From IMG/VR virus record IMGVR_UViG_3300017716_002841, positions 32,001 through 96,000 of that record: a stretch of 64,000 nucleotides of DNA; one strand, given 5' to 3'. The notes beneath the pieces were generated by a model. It had not been told where the DNA came from. It saw nothing but the letters and a program-made list of their open reading frames with translations, and ran no database searches. The stretch is from a virus. The position numbers and the translations under genes are program-made. Shown here piece after piece: positions 19,389 to 29,322 of the stretch (position 1 is its first letter; each line of letters starts with the position of its first letter).

Positions 19389-21029
19389 CTACATAAATCT
19401 ATCTAGGAAATATTTCGGAATCTTATGCTTATTCTTAACTACCATTTCAATAATAGCAGCATCAAGTACATACGTTTTACAGTAGTCTTTTTGTGAACGC
19501 ACACCACGGCCACACGATTGTATAAATGAGCTCAACATCTTGTTCGCATACCAATTAAAATCTAGTTTCATTAACTTCTCTACCCTTCTATCTGTCGTGG
19601 GTAAATATGGAGCTTTAATAACAATTTGAAATCTCGCAAGATCACCTTTTAAGTCAACTCCATGTGACATTGACGGTGACGCAATAATAGTAGGTTTGTC
19701 TGTATTATAATGTATATCTAAGATTTCTTCATTACGTACACCTGGTTCGCGATAAATAATACGACTATTATTGATATTTGTTTTGAGGTAGTTCGTTATA
19801 AAGTTGGTATGAGTATGAATAATACCTTTTTCATTTTTATGATGCTCGCAGATATCTTCAATAATTTTTACCAGTTTAGGTAAATTTACTTGTAAGTTAT
19901 TATAGTTCAGTTTTGTTTTTGTAGCTACATAAATTGGAGCTTTTGATGCATCAAATGTAGATTCAGCTTCAATGTATTTATACTTGTCAATACCAAGCGA
20001 TTTACAGAAGTTTACTGGATCTATAATAGTTGCTGACATTAAAACAATTTTATCTGCATAATCGAAAATACACTTTGATAGCTTATCAACCTTTAAAGGC
20101 ATAAAATTAATACCTTTTGGCTGTCGTTCGAAAATATATTCACTATCCTTCCATGTACTTAGTAATGTTTTAATCTTACCATGTAAATTATTCAAGATAA
20201 TCAATTCACTCTTTTGGTCGTTGAGAGCTATCGCAGTTATTTTTTTAGGTTTATTAATAATCTCACGTAGTTCATCAATTCGTTCATCAATATTACCGCA
20301 AAGATTTTCAAGCCACCTTCCTACTTTACCATAATCCTCATTATCTGGAAACGGTGAAATATGAATTTGCGATTTTTTAAGGAAGTCAAAATTAAGTTGA
20401 CAAGAGAACTCTTTTACAAGTTGATCCTCAAGTTCTGATGCTTCATCACAAATAATAAACTCCTTATTTTTAAGGTGGACAGGTAAAGAAAAGAACATAT
20501 TATAGTTTAGTGTTGCAAATGTAGATATAAGCGCGCTATTTCTTGCTTTATAATACGGACAACTATTTTGCGTCCAACAACTTTCCTTTAACTTATTTAG
20601 ATGTAAACACGGTGCATATTCTGCAGTAAATTCTGTATCATATGTACATTGATAGTTTGATTTACCTTTTAACACATCTGTATCATTAAACAACTCTTTG
20701 TACTGATCCTGCAATGCTTTAGTAATTGTCAACGCAAAGGTACCGAATGGTTGCTCTTCACTAACTTCATCTTCATATTGATAGCCTCCCAACGGCGTTC
20801 TTTTGTAGATTAAGTATGATTCGACTAGCTCCTTGAATCCTGCTGAGGGTGGTTTTGCCACGTTGCCTAGTGTCTTTGATACAAATGACTTACCTGAACC
20901 AGTAGGTGCACTACATACTACAAACTTATAACCTTCATCAAAAGCCTTATTAATATTACTAATTAATTTTACTTGTTGATCGCTTGGAGTAAAACTACTC
21001 GGAAACTTTTGTAAATATTCGCCTACCAT
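19389..21029 (-). CDS. DinG/XPD-family SF2 helicase
   Basis: APTGSGKS, DEASEL, MSATI, GVDLKG, QSCGRGVR; four Cys after LKGKSNY suggest an Fe-S cluster. Confidence 0.88.
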   Translation of the reverse strand: MVGEYLQKFPSSFTPSDQQVKLISNINKAFDEGYKFVVCSAPTGSGKSFVSKTLGNVAKPPSAGFKELVESYLIYKRTPLGGYQYEDEVSEEQPFGTFALTITKALQDQYKELFNDTDVLKGKSNYQCTYDTEFTAEYAPCLHLNKLKESCWTQNSCPYYKARNSALISTFATLNYNMFFSLPVHLKNKEFIICDEASELEDQLVKEFSCQLNFDFLKKSQIHISPFPDNEDYGKVGRWLENLCGNIDERIDELREIINKPKKITAIALNDQKSELIILNNLHGKIKTLLSTWKDSEYIFERQPKGINFMPLKVDKLSKCIFDYADKIVLMSATIIDPVNFCKSLGIDKYKYIEAESTFDASKAPIYVATKTKLNYNNLQVNLPKLVKIIEDICEHHKNEKGIIHTHTNFITNYLKTNINNSRIIYREPGVRNEEILDIHYNTDKPTIIASPSMSHGVDLKGDLARFQIVIKAPYLPTTDRRVEKLMKLDFNWYANKMLSSFIQSCGRGVRSQKDYCKTYVLDAAIIEMVVKNKHKIPKYFLDRFM

Positions 21030-21053
21030 ATATTATATTATAATATAGTTCCC

Positions 21054-21395
21054 TTATAAAACAGGAACAATACTTACAATATTGTCATACATCTTGTATG
21101 ATGAACTATTTTTTTGCGATTTTAATTTACTTGTAATAGGTTGTAAATTATTTGTGAACGAACTGATTTGATAATTTAATGAGCAGCTTACTCCGTCACT
21201 CGTTACACTAAAGGGATACGGCAATTCAAGGATTTTAATATCTTTTTTATCTGTTTCGATATGAAAACGAATGAAGTATTGCTTTATTGTAAATAATTGT
21301 AACTTACCTACCTTAAGAACCTTATTTTCACATTTAAACGCTACTTTAGATTGTAAGAATCTTTGAAAAATTTTATTATAGTGTTCACTATTCAT
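21054..21395 (-). CDS. Hypothetical protein
   Basis: 113-aa ORF, tightly packed in the operon. Confidence 0.6.
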   Translation of the reverse strand: MNSEHYNKIFQRFLQSKVAFKCENKVLKVGKLQLFTIKQYFIRFHIETDKKDIKILELPYPFSVTSDGVSCSLNYQISSFTNNLQPITSKLKSQKNSSSYKMYDNIVSIVPVL

Positions 21396-21769
21396 GTATC
21401 CATAAAATTAATTTTTTGTTCTGTAGACATCGGAAATATGTTTGTATTGAAATAATTCCAGAAAGTTTCATCTGCTGGTATTTCTTTTATTACATCAACT
21501 TTATCTACTGATACGATTCGATAATCCTGCATTAACACATCCCACACTACTAAGGCGTTGTTCTTAGCTTCGTTGAACTGCTTATTGTGTTTAGGTGGTG
21601 AATAGTTTAATACAATACGACCATTGGTAGACTGTAATAAACTATAAGATTTTGTACAAATCATCCTACGAGTTGGTGACTTACCAGGTAAAATAATACG
21701 TCTACTAAATCTTAAATCTACTACATTATTTAGTAATAGATTTTCAAGCGTTGATCGTTGAACTATCAT
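21392..21769 (-). CDS. Sm/SH3-like (WYL_2/DUF2693-like) protein
   Basis: VVDLRF..RRMICT..VVWDV..DYR pattern. Confidence 0.55.
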   Translation of the reverse strand: MIVQRSTLENLLLNNVVDLRFSRRIILPGKSPTRRMICTKSYSLLQSTNGRIVLNYSPPKHNKQFNEAKNNALVVWDVLMQDYRIVSVDKVDVIKEIPADETFWNYFNTNIFPMSTEQKINFMDT

Positions 21770-22166
21770 TATTTTTTGGTTTGCAAATTCCGAATATTCT
21801 ATTCTCGTTTAAAAATACACCATTCTTAATATTTCCATGATCTTTAATAGCCATATTTGCTACAGTCATGCCTAGGTTGCTAGGAAATAGGACAATATCA
21901 CCTACCTTTGTATATTTTACTTCTGGACCAACCAGTATAACTTTAGCTTTTCGCCATGCTTTAGTTACGGTGTTTGTAGGTATATAAATACCGTTTCGAA
22001 TAATTCCATCACCGTCCGATGTGAGATCGATATATTCAACAAGAATAATATCCTCTAAAATAAATGTTAACTCTAAATCTTCTAACCCGAAATCCCCATC
22101 TGAATGCGAAGAAAGGTCAATAAGACTTTTCATTGGTGCTAGTGTATCGATACTTCTTGATGCCAT
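21744..22166 (-). CDS. GroES-like co-chaperonin (functional analogue of T4 gp31)
   Basis: DIILVE..GIYIP..AKVILVGP..KVGDIVLF..LNENRIFG. Confidence 0.8.
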   Translation of the reverse strand: MASRSIDTLAPMKSLIDLSSHSDGDFGLEDLELTFILEDIILVEYIDLTSDGDGIIRNGIYIPTNTVTKAWRKAKVILVGPEVKYTKVGDIVLFPSNLGMTVANMAIKDHGNIKNGVFLNENRIFGICKPKNNDSSTINA

Positions 22167-22182
22167 ATAGTTATATATTATA

Positions 22183-22548
22183 CTAGTTAAAGAAGTCAAT
22201 GTAATGTTTCAACTCGCGTTGCGAAATCATATTGTTTCTCGCAATAATAGGTATGTCTTTATTTTCCTTTTCTTCTTTTTCTTTTTTCTTTTTTACATAA
22301 GAAATCTTCTTATATTGACATGTAGGTATTAAATGGTAGTATAGTTTAAACATTTCGTTTTTATCATCTAAGAGTCCTGTAAACCGATTTAATGTTTCGT
22401 TAACAAAGACAGCTTGTGTAGCTCCATAAAAAGACAACCACCTATTTATCATAAACGGTGTAAATTGCTGAAGACCATCACTATCGAGGTCTTCAGCAAT
22501 TGTCTTCTTACTAAAGATTAATTTTCTTAGTAAGTCAAAAAAGTTCAT
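22183..22548 (-). CDS. gp62: Clamp loader small subunit, gp62-like
   Basis: FTPFMINRWLS..VNE..YVKKKK pattern. Confidence 0.7.
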   Translation of the reverse strand: MNFFDLLRKLIFSKKTIAEDLDSDGLQQFTPFMINRWLSFYGATQAVFVNETLNRFTGLLDDKNEMFKLYYHLIPTCQYKKISYVKKKKEKEEKENKDIPIIARNNMISQRELKHYIDFFN

Positions 22549-22559
22549 AAGATATCTAA

Positions 22560-23141
22560 TTATAAGCAGATCTTCGTCGTAGCGATTTGAATATCTTTAA
22601 CTTCATCATTAAAGAATTCAATAACGCCTTCCATAAGATCATTAACAGACTCATCATTTAGTTTAGTACTATAAGCGAACCCTGGAGCCTTTTTACCAGC
22701 ATTAACATTAATACCAGTATGTCCAATAGCTACCCCATCTTTGGAGTATGTGATTGACACACTAACCTTACCTACATCGCGTTCTGTTTTATCTGAACCA
22801 ATAAACTTATCATGTACCATAAGATCGTCACCTCTCATTTCAATTGGCTTTCCAATAAAGCGTGAAAGTAAATTAGCAATAACAGTATTAAAATGTCGTT
22901 GGAAAGCTACAGCACCAATCGAGCAGAGGTTTGGAATCTCCCAGCAGAAGTTAATAGAGTCGTCGCTGAAGATATAATCCTTAGTTAAGGAATCTTCAAG
23001 ATCAATCAAGTTATCACTTACAAACATAGGAGCTCTAAAAGCTACAATATTACCATAAGGAGATACTTCTTTGTTAAAGAATTGATAGGCAAAACGCTTA
23101 TGTATAAGGTTTCCATTATAAATCGGATGTTCAATAATCAT
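22560..23141 (-). CDS. DUF366-like protein (biotin/lipoate ligase-like fold)
   Basis: YNG..FAY..NIVAFR..IDLED..AFQR..GDDL..KVSVSI..HTGINV. Confidence 0.7.
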   Translation of the reverse strand: MIIEHPIYNGNLIHKRFAYQFFNKEVSPYGNIVAFRAPMFVSDNLIDLEDSLTKDYIFSDDSINFCWEIPNLCSIGAVAFQRHFNTVIANLLSRFIGKPIEMRGDDLMVHDKFIGSDKTERDVGKVSVSITYSKDGVAIGHTGINVNAGKKAPGFAYSTKLNDESVNDLMEGVIEFFNDEVKDIQIATTKICL

Positions 23142-23156
23142 ATAACTTATTATATG

Positions 23157-24737
23157 TTATTGTTTATAATTATCAAGAGTACTCTCAAAGTATTCTTTCC
23201 AGTAGTTATATGTTCGATAATCATCCGGTGTACCCCAACAAATATAGTTAGATACCTCAAAAACCTTTACATTAAGACCTATTTTAATACATTGATTAAT
23301 TACATCATCAACGTAATACTCACCGTTAGTTGTGATATTTTCATTGTAGTTTTTAAATAATCCTTCGGAGAAGTATTTTGCTTTTCTAAAAAACATAGTA
23401 CCGATGATAGCGTGTGTCATAAGAGGGTCTTCACCTACAAACTTCTTACATGATACATTGGTTATACTATTAAATTCATCAACTTCCAACCACGAATACA
23501 TATTTGGATTAACTTTACTTGTCTGATTATTTCTAAATGACCATACAATTACATCAACTGTTTTATCATCTACAAGTTGCTGATATGCTGCTTCATCATA
23601 TGTTACTCCATTATCACATGCTGAGATTTGAATAGGTTTATTACTATCTATGTTAGCTTCACCAATACCTATTTCACACGTACACGCTTGACCTGAAGTT
23701 GTCTCACTAATTTCAATAATAGATGTATTTGTAAAATTGTTATGTAATTCTTCTCTCAAATTATACTCGTTGAGGTGATCTTCTAGACAAATAAATACAG
23801 ATGAAGAACATTTCGGTAGGCAGTTAACGGCCTGTACAACCATAGGTGAACCATCAACATCTAATAATGGTTTAGGTTTTTTGTAATTTTGTTCTGAAAA
23901 GCGACTACCGCGTCCTGCCATAGGTAAAACTAATACTGTTCCAGTTGGGTTTATAGCCTTTTGCTGCTTAATATCTTTCTCTTTAAAATATTTGAGCCAT
24001 GATTGAAATACTTCTAGATCGTATGGTGTACCCCACTGTAACATTTTTTGAATTTCAAAAATACCTACTTTAAGACCATCACGTACAAGCAAATTATAAA
24101 CTAAACTTATATAGTATTCACCGTTTAAACTTAGCCCTTGATCCATCGCTTCTTTAAAATATTTCTTAAGTATATTTCTACTCTTAAAGTAATAGGTACC
24201 ATTAGATGCATACTCATCCATTTTATTTGTAGTAAATGGCTCTTTTTCTTTAATCTGAATTAGCATTCTATTCTCTTCTTTACAAAAAGCATAATTATCG
24301 CTTCCAAGCATATGTGGATGAAATCCTGTATAGCACGGTATCATACCATCGTAGTTTTTTACTGTAGATAAAAATTCCTCAAAATCCCAGACAGTGCCAT
24401 AGTCACAATAGCTTACAATAATCTCAGCTGCATCATCAATATACTCTCTTGCTTGATACACAGCGTCTACAGGACCTTTTCGATTATCTGTTGACACTTT
24501 TACAATTGTACAGTCTGGTACAATATTACGTAGTTCAGATTCAATATTATTATTTTTTATATGTTCCTCATTACATATAAATAAAACACTATTAACATTA
24601 GGAAATAAATTTACTACATAATCAATAATTGGCTTATTATTAATTTTTATAAGTGGTTTTGGATCAGCGTAACCTGCTTCAATAAAACGCTTACCTATAC
24701 CTGACATGGGTATTACTAGTTGAATATTTCTTGACAT
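23157..24737 (-). CDS. Tandem double sugar-phosphate nucleotidyltransferase
   Basis: Two NTP-transferase domains: VIPMSGIGKRF..PKPLI..WGTP and VLPMAGRGSRF..PKPLL..WGTP. Confidence 0.9.
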   Translation of the reverse strand: MSRNIQLVIPMSGIGKRFIEAGYADPKPLIKINNKPIIDYVVNLFPNVNSVLFICNEEHIKNNNIESELRNIVPDCTIVKVSTDNRKGPVDAVYQAREYIDDAAEIIVSYCDYGTVWDFEEFLSTVKNYDGMIPCYTGFHPHMLGSDNYAFCKEENRMLIQIKEKEPFTTNKMDEYASNGTYYFKSRNILKKYFKEAMDQGLSLNGEYYISLVYNLLVRDGLKVGIFEIQKMLQWGTPYDLEVFQSWLKYFKEKDIKQQKAINPTGTVLVLPMAGRGSRFSEQNYKKPKPLLDVDGSPMVVQAVNCLPKCSSSVFICLEDHLNEYNLREELHNNFTNTSIIEISETTSGQACTCEIGIGEANIDSNKPIQISACDNGVTYDEAAYQQLVDDKTVDVIVWSFRNNQTSKVNPNMYSWLEVDEFNSITNVSCKKFVGEDPLMTHAIIGTMFFRKAKYFSEGLFKNYNENITTNGEYYVDDVINQCIKIGLNVKVFEVSNYICWGTPDDYRTYNYWKEYFESTLDNYKQ

Positions 24738-24797
24738 CTTTTATAATAATAATCTAAATTAGCGTATAAATCAACTAAAAGTGGTATAAGTAAATAC

Positions 24798-25439
24798 ATG
24801 AGTCTAGAATCTGTCATACACAATCAACGTCGTGATGTTGTTCAAAACAATGTTAATTTCTTAAAAAATAAGTTATACTTAGAATTCGGTACGTGCCATG
24901 GAGCATCTATGCTTGAATATTATGGGCTATATAAAGAATTTGACATACAATCTTCTTTTTATGGTTTTGATTCATTTCAGGGATTACCATTCGAGCCAAC
25001 TGACACTCTAAGTCATAGAGTGTGGGGTCCAGGAGATTTTAGTACGAATGGTAATATCAACCCTGAACTTCTTAACAAACCGGAGTTAAAAATTGTCGAC
25101 GGTTGGTTTTGCGATACACTAACAGATAGTATTGCAGAAGAGTTTGGTGATAAAAAAATAGGCTTGTTACATATCGACTGTGATATATATACTTCGACTA
25201 TTGAGGCTCTTGAATTTATTATTAAGCATAAATTACTCGTTGATGGTACTATAGTTGTATATGATGATTGGGGTGGTTGGCGTCAAGCAGGGTTAACAGA
25301 AGATCAGCAGTATGACATAGGAGAGGGTCGCGCTCACCGAGAGATCTGCGAAAAATACAATCTTAACTTCGAACTAGTTAATAAGGTTGTACCTGCATCA
25401 GAGTTTTACGAAATAGCAACATTTGTATACAGGGCCTAA
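24798..25439 (+). CDS. TylF/MycF/NovP-family O-methyltransferase
   Basis: YLEFGTCHG, YGFDSFQGLP, GWFCDTL, LHIDCDIY, VYDDW. Confidence 0.88.
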   Translation: MSLESVIHNQRRDVVQNNVNFLKNKLYLEFGTCHGASMLEYYGLYKEFDIQSSFYGFDSFQGLPFEPTDTLSHRVWGPGDFSTNGNINPELLNKPELKIVDGWFCDTLTDSIAEEFGDKKIGLLHIDCDIYTSTIEALEFIIKHKLLVDGTIVVYDDWGGWRQAGLTEDQQYDIGEGRAHREICEKYNLNFELVNKVVPASEFYEIATFVYRA

Positions 25440-25459
25440 CTAACTAACGATTACCTATA

Positions 25460-25903
25460 TCATACTTTAACATAGTCGGTACACACACCATAAACATAGT
25501 TAATATACTTAAATTCCCGCATATCAGTCTCTGTGAGCAGTGGAATTATGCAATTAGTATTAAGCGTCGCAGTTAGATCGTGGACCCATAGATGCCCAGT
25601 ACTGGTGGGAGTATAAGGGTCAGCAGTATGGCAAAAATACTTTGTGTTATTAAGTTTTTTTAACTCGTGAGCTGCTTCAATATTTTTGCAATGGAACCAT
25701 AACTTTTCTTTACGTAAGTTAATCCATGTACAAGATACTTCGTAATCTGGTGTATCATGACCGAGCCAGAACCTATTATTTAAGAACCTAACATCTACTT
25801 CAACGTCGTACCCAAGCTGTAAAGCGCAGTCTATATATGAAGGGCGATTTTCCTTTGATGAAACGGGTCCTATTATATTTCCTCTATGTGATATAATATT
25901 CAT
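25460..25903 (-). CDS. Glycerophosphodiester phosphodiesterase-like protein
   Basis: ISHRGN, EN.P, GYDVEVDV, LGHD, WFHCKN, GVCTDY. Confidence 0.8.
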   Translation of the reverse strand: MNIISHRGNIIGPVSSKENRPSYIDCALQLGYDVEVDVRFLNNRFWLGHDTPDYEVSCTWINLRKEKLWFHCKNIEAAHELKKLNNTKYFCHTADPYTPTSTGHLWVHDLTATLNTNCIIPLLTETDMREFKYINYVYGVCTDYVKV

Positions 25904-26193
25904 ACTTCTTCTATTCTTAGTGTTTTGTCATCTATAAAAAGATCATAATACGGTTTATCTACCCTCAATTCATTGTATTTTGCACCCCATTCCTCTAGCT
26001 GCGCTTTTGTTAATTCGTACCAATCTATTTGCTTGCGACTGCCTCTTGACGTCCAGTAAACAATAGTATTACCTTTATCATATAACTTATTAATTTTTTC
26101 AATATTTTCCTTTATTGGAATTGCTTCAGCATATTTTCTGCTAAGCGGGCTTGTGCAGATTGTTTCGTCTATATCAACATATATAATTTTCAT
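25900..26193 (-). CDS. HAD-family (capsule biosynthesis type) phosphatase
   Basis: YVDIDETIC, YWTSRG, KP..DLFIDDK. Confidence 0.85.
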   Translation of the reverse strand: MKIIYVDIDETICTSPLSRKYAEAIPIKENIEKINKLYDKGNTIVYWTSRGSRKQIDWYELTKAQLEEWGAKYNELRVDKPYYDLFIDDKTLRIEEV

Positions 26194-26201
26194 GTTCTCT
26201 A

Positions 26202-27671
26202 TTATTTTAAATTGACTATTGGTAATGGCAAGTTTAAGATAATAAACGAAATATAATCATAATAAGAATTAGTTAATGGTATATTTTTATTAAAAATAAA
26301 ATCTACCGATTGATATTCTTTGAATGTAAATTTATAAAACTTACCTACTGCTTCTAATTCATATTCTAATCTTACTTTATTAAATGCTTCTAATATATTA
26401 TCTACATTATATTTTCTGTCAACTAAAAGTTCTAAGCTAACAGGTTCTTCCTTACTTAAATCATCAACTAAAATAGTATCGTAAGAAAAAAATCTAATTA
26501 TAACATCAGCATATTTTTTTTGTGGTAATATATGTGTATGATAATCTTCTTCACGCTTAGCAATTGAACTTAGAACTTGCTGTATGGTATAACCTCTTGT
26601 ACTTACATCTCTCCTAACTTTCCATTTATTTTTAAGAGTACGTTCAGTATCCATAAAAATTTTTAAATCGTATAACGCGCCTTGATTATTATACATACTA
26701 TGTAGCCCGCACACAATTAAATTATCCGATGAACTAATAGGTTGCGAAGAAGTAAACTTACCAGTATTATGATCGTAATCTACTTGGTATATAGTATTAC
26801 CCATTTTTAAGTTAAACACATCACTCTGCATTTTAGTTATGTGGTTTGCAGTAGGGTTTAAATGAGTTATGGTCTTCCAGCTATCATCTGATCTTTCCCA
26901 TTTATGATATCTATCACCCTCAAGTACAACAGAATTACAAAATAGATTTTTTAGTATATCGCTTAATACACTTTTACCTGAGCCAGAGTCACCACAAATA
27001 GCTATAGTATTACACTTTGATAAGATGAAAGAATATTCTATATCCTTAAGATTATACTGTATACCTCTATTGTTTAAATAGTGATGTAAGAGTGTCTCTG
27101 AAATATTTCCATGAGTAGATATTAAATGTTTAATATTTTCAAATATATTAAAGTACTGGTTCATGGCTACTGAAGGACCGTAGGCAAACGCATCGCATAA
27201 GTATGGATCCTTGGAGGTTAGCAGCTTACTACTATCTATTTTACTATCACTCGGAATGGTAATTATTTTATTACAGTCATCAAGGAAATCGAGATTATTA
27301 AAAGAAACATCTGGTCTATACCTAATTACAAGATCATAATCTTTACCGGTTGTTTTCTCGTTTATACACTTAAGCGTATTTAATTTGTATAATTTAGCCC
27401 AATGATTAATTGTATTGTTCGCTATCTTATCATTTATATATAGAAAATTTGATTCTATTATAACTGATACAGGTGATAGTATATCACTTATTTGCTTAAT
27501 ATCTTTTTCCTCTTCAATTAAATTGAAATATTTATCCTGACTATTTTCGTCTTTAGTTAGATGCAAATAAACATCTACCTTACTATATTTTTTAAGTAAG
27601 CTCTCCTTTATATACTCTACATTGATAGTATAACTTCTAAGATAACCTGCAATTAAGAGTGCAACTTTCAT
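26202..27671 (-). CDS. Fusion: putative glycosyltransferase plus phosphoribulokinase/uridine kinase-like domain
   Basis: N-terminal KVALLIAGYLR..YDLVIRYRPD..D.FAYG; C-terminal ICGDSGSGKS, GDRYHKWER, THLNP.AN, YDHNTGKF, RRD..RG. Confidence 0.8.
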   Translation of the reverse strand: MKVALLIAGYLRSYTINVEYIKESLLKKYSKVDVYLHLTKDENSQDKYFNLIEEEKDIKQISDILSPVSVIIESNFLYINDKIANNTINHWAKLYKLNTLKCINEKTTGKDYDLVIRYRPDVSFNNLDFLDDCNKIITIPSDSKIDSSKLLTSKDPYLCDAFAYGPSVAMNQYFNIFENIKHLISTHGNISETLLHHYLNNRGIQYNLKDIEYSFILSKCNTIAICGDSGSGKSVLSDILKNLFCNSVVLEGDRYHKWERSDDSWKTITHLNPTANHITKMQSDVFNLKMGNTIYQVDYDHNTGKFTSSQPISSSDNLIVCGLHSMYNNQGALYDLKIFMDTERTLKNKWKVRRDVSTRGYTIQQVLSSIAKREEDYHTHILPQKKYADVIIRFFSYDTILVDDLSKEEPVSLELLVDRKYNVDNILEAFNKVRLEYELEAVGKFYKFTFKEYQSVDFIFNKNIPLTNSYYDYISFIILNLPLPIVNLK

Positions 27672-28564
27672 TGTAATAATTTATCAAAACATTTTAGATT
27701 TAAATCCTGCATACCTTTAATAATCTCTTTAAGTTTTGAGTCTGTAAAAATTTTATTAAAATAGTACTCATAGTTATCTGAAACATCTTTAACAGTTTGT
27801 GCAATATTATCGTAACTAGACCATACAATATATTCACTGTAGGGTATTTTTTCCTTTAGAGGTACATCTTCACTAACTACAATAACACCGCTAAGTAGTG
27901 CTGGTAGTACTCTTAATTCTTCGAAAGTGTGATGATGATCAGTTTGATGAACATTTACTAATACTTTTGCATTCTTGTACACATCATAAAGACAGTCATT
28001 TGTATAGCAGTTGCTTATTGATGTAAACTCTATACTTAGTTGTTTTAGGCAATTTAATATTTCTGATCTTCTCTGATTTGAATTATCAGTGAACATTGTA
28101 ATAATATTTTTTCTACCCTGATCTATAAAGTTAGGTGAGAATAATAGAGGTGATATGTATATATTTTTATCAAGATACTCTTTAAACATATCGTTTGTTG
28201 ATAGGTTATACATATTAGGTAGACTATACTCTATAATGTAGTCGAGATTGTTATAGTAATTAAAATTATCTACCCGTATTAAGTACGTGCCATTATCACA
28301 CGGTACATTACCGTATATTAGCTGATGTACGGATCTACCACCTATCTTAACAAGGGTGTGTTCGCATTGTATATCAATCTTTATTGTTCTATTAGTATTG
28401 TTAAAATTATGGTTATAATTACCTATTATAACATTAATAGAAATATTATTTTTAGCTAACCACGCCTTAAGTAAATTAACACTGTAATTATAATATTCCT
28501 GTATTAAAGTATTATAATTGTAGTCGTGTAGTATAAAGGATTTGTTAACTTGCTCGATTACCAT
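27668..28564 (-). CDS. Putative GT-B glycosyltransferase
   Basis: AKVLVNVH..FEELRV..LLSGVIVVSE C-terminal motif. Confidence 0.65.
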   Translation of the reverse strand: MVIEQVNKSFILHDYNYNTLIQEYYNYSVNLLKAWLAKNNISINVIIGNYNHNFNNTNRTIKIDIQCEHTLVKIGGRSVHQLIYGNVPCDNGTYLIRVDNFNYYNNLDYIIEYSLPNMYNLSTNDMFKEYLDKNIYISPLLFSPNFIDQGRKNIITMFTDNSNQRRSEILNCLKQLSIEFTSISNCYTNDCLYDVYKNAKVLVNVHQTDHHHTFEELRVLPALLSGVIVVSEDVPLKEKIPYSEYIVWSSYDNIAQTVKDVSDNYEYYFNKIFTDSKLKEIIKGMQDLNLKCFDKLLQ

Positions 28565-29322
28565 TGGTCAGGTGTATTCTCAGTTCTTTGATGAGCTCTT
28601 TTTACAAAGTAAGTTGGTGTTGTGCAATTTACAATATCTACCGTATGGCAGTTGTAATACTGGTCAAGATTACTTATATTACCGTCGATATCGGTATTTG
28701 TATAGTCATTTAATTCCCACAATATTCGCGCTAAATATCTTTCTGATACTTCACGCTCAGCACTTCGCTGGATGGTTAATTGTTCGAAATAGCCTAATAG
28801 TTGATGAACTTTTGCAGTTGCTACAATAAAACTGTTACACCAACAGAAGGTAATTTTGTCTAGGTTATTATCTAAACCTAACTGAGCTAAAATTGCATTT
28901 GAAGCATGCTGAAATAGACCATCTTGGTGATAGGAATTAATAGTACACGCTGTCGTATTTTGATTGTTTAGGCTATTGAAATCATACTTGTTTTTAAGTA
29001 CAAAAGTATCTTGTGTACATGCAATATATTTGTAGTCATCTAAGATATTATTATCTATCAAATATCTCATACCTACACGATACGCTCCTATTTCAAATTT
29101 ACAGTCAATATTATTAGTTAGCAATACAAGTCGGTCACTCTGTTCGAGAGTTTGAAAGATTTCATCGACATGGTTAGAGTTATTATCAATAACTATAGTT
29201 AATGCTTGAGGGTAATATTTTTTAATATTATCTGTATAGTATTTTAAATATGTCGCATGCCCTCTAATATATTTGTGAGCTATAATAAATACTATTTTAT
29301 CATTTATATCTATATTTTCCAT
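28558..29322 (-). CDS. Putative GT-A glycosyltransferase
   Basis: IVIDNNS, FEIGAY, TQDT; island context. Confidence 0.6.
   Translation of the reverse strand: MENIDINDKIVFIIAHKYIRGHATYLKYYTDNIKKYYPQALTIVIDNNSNHVDEIFQTLEQSDRLVLLTNNIDCKFEIGAYRVGMRYLIDNNILDDYKYIACTQDTFVLKNKYDFNSLNNQNTTACTINSYHQDGLFQHASNAILAQLGLDNNLDKITFCWCNSFIVATAKVHQLLGYFEQLTIQRSAEREVSERYLARILWELNDYTNTDIDGNISNLDQYYNCHTVDIVNCTTPTYFVKRAHQRTENTPDQW

Noticed and set aside
26202-27030. Calvin-cycle phosphoribulokinase as a photosynthesis auxiliary gene
   Set aside because: Fused to a GT-like domain within a glycan island; no other photosynthesis or carbon-fixation genes in the window.
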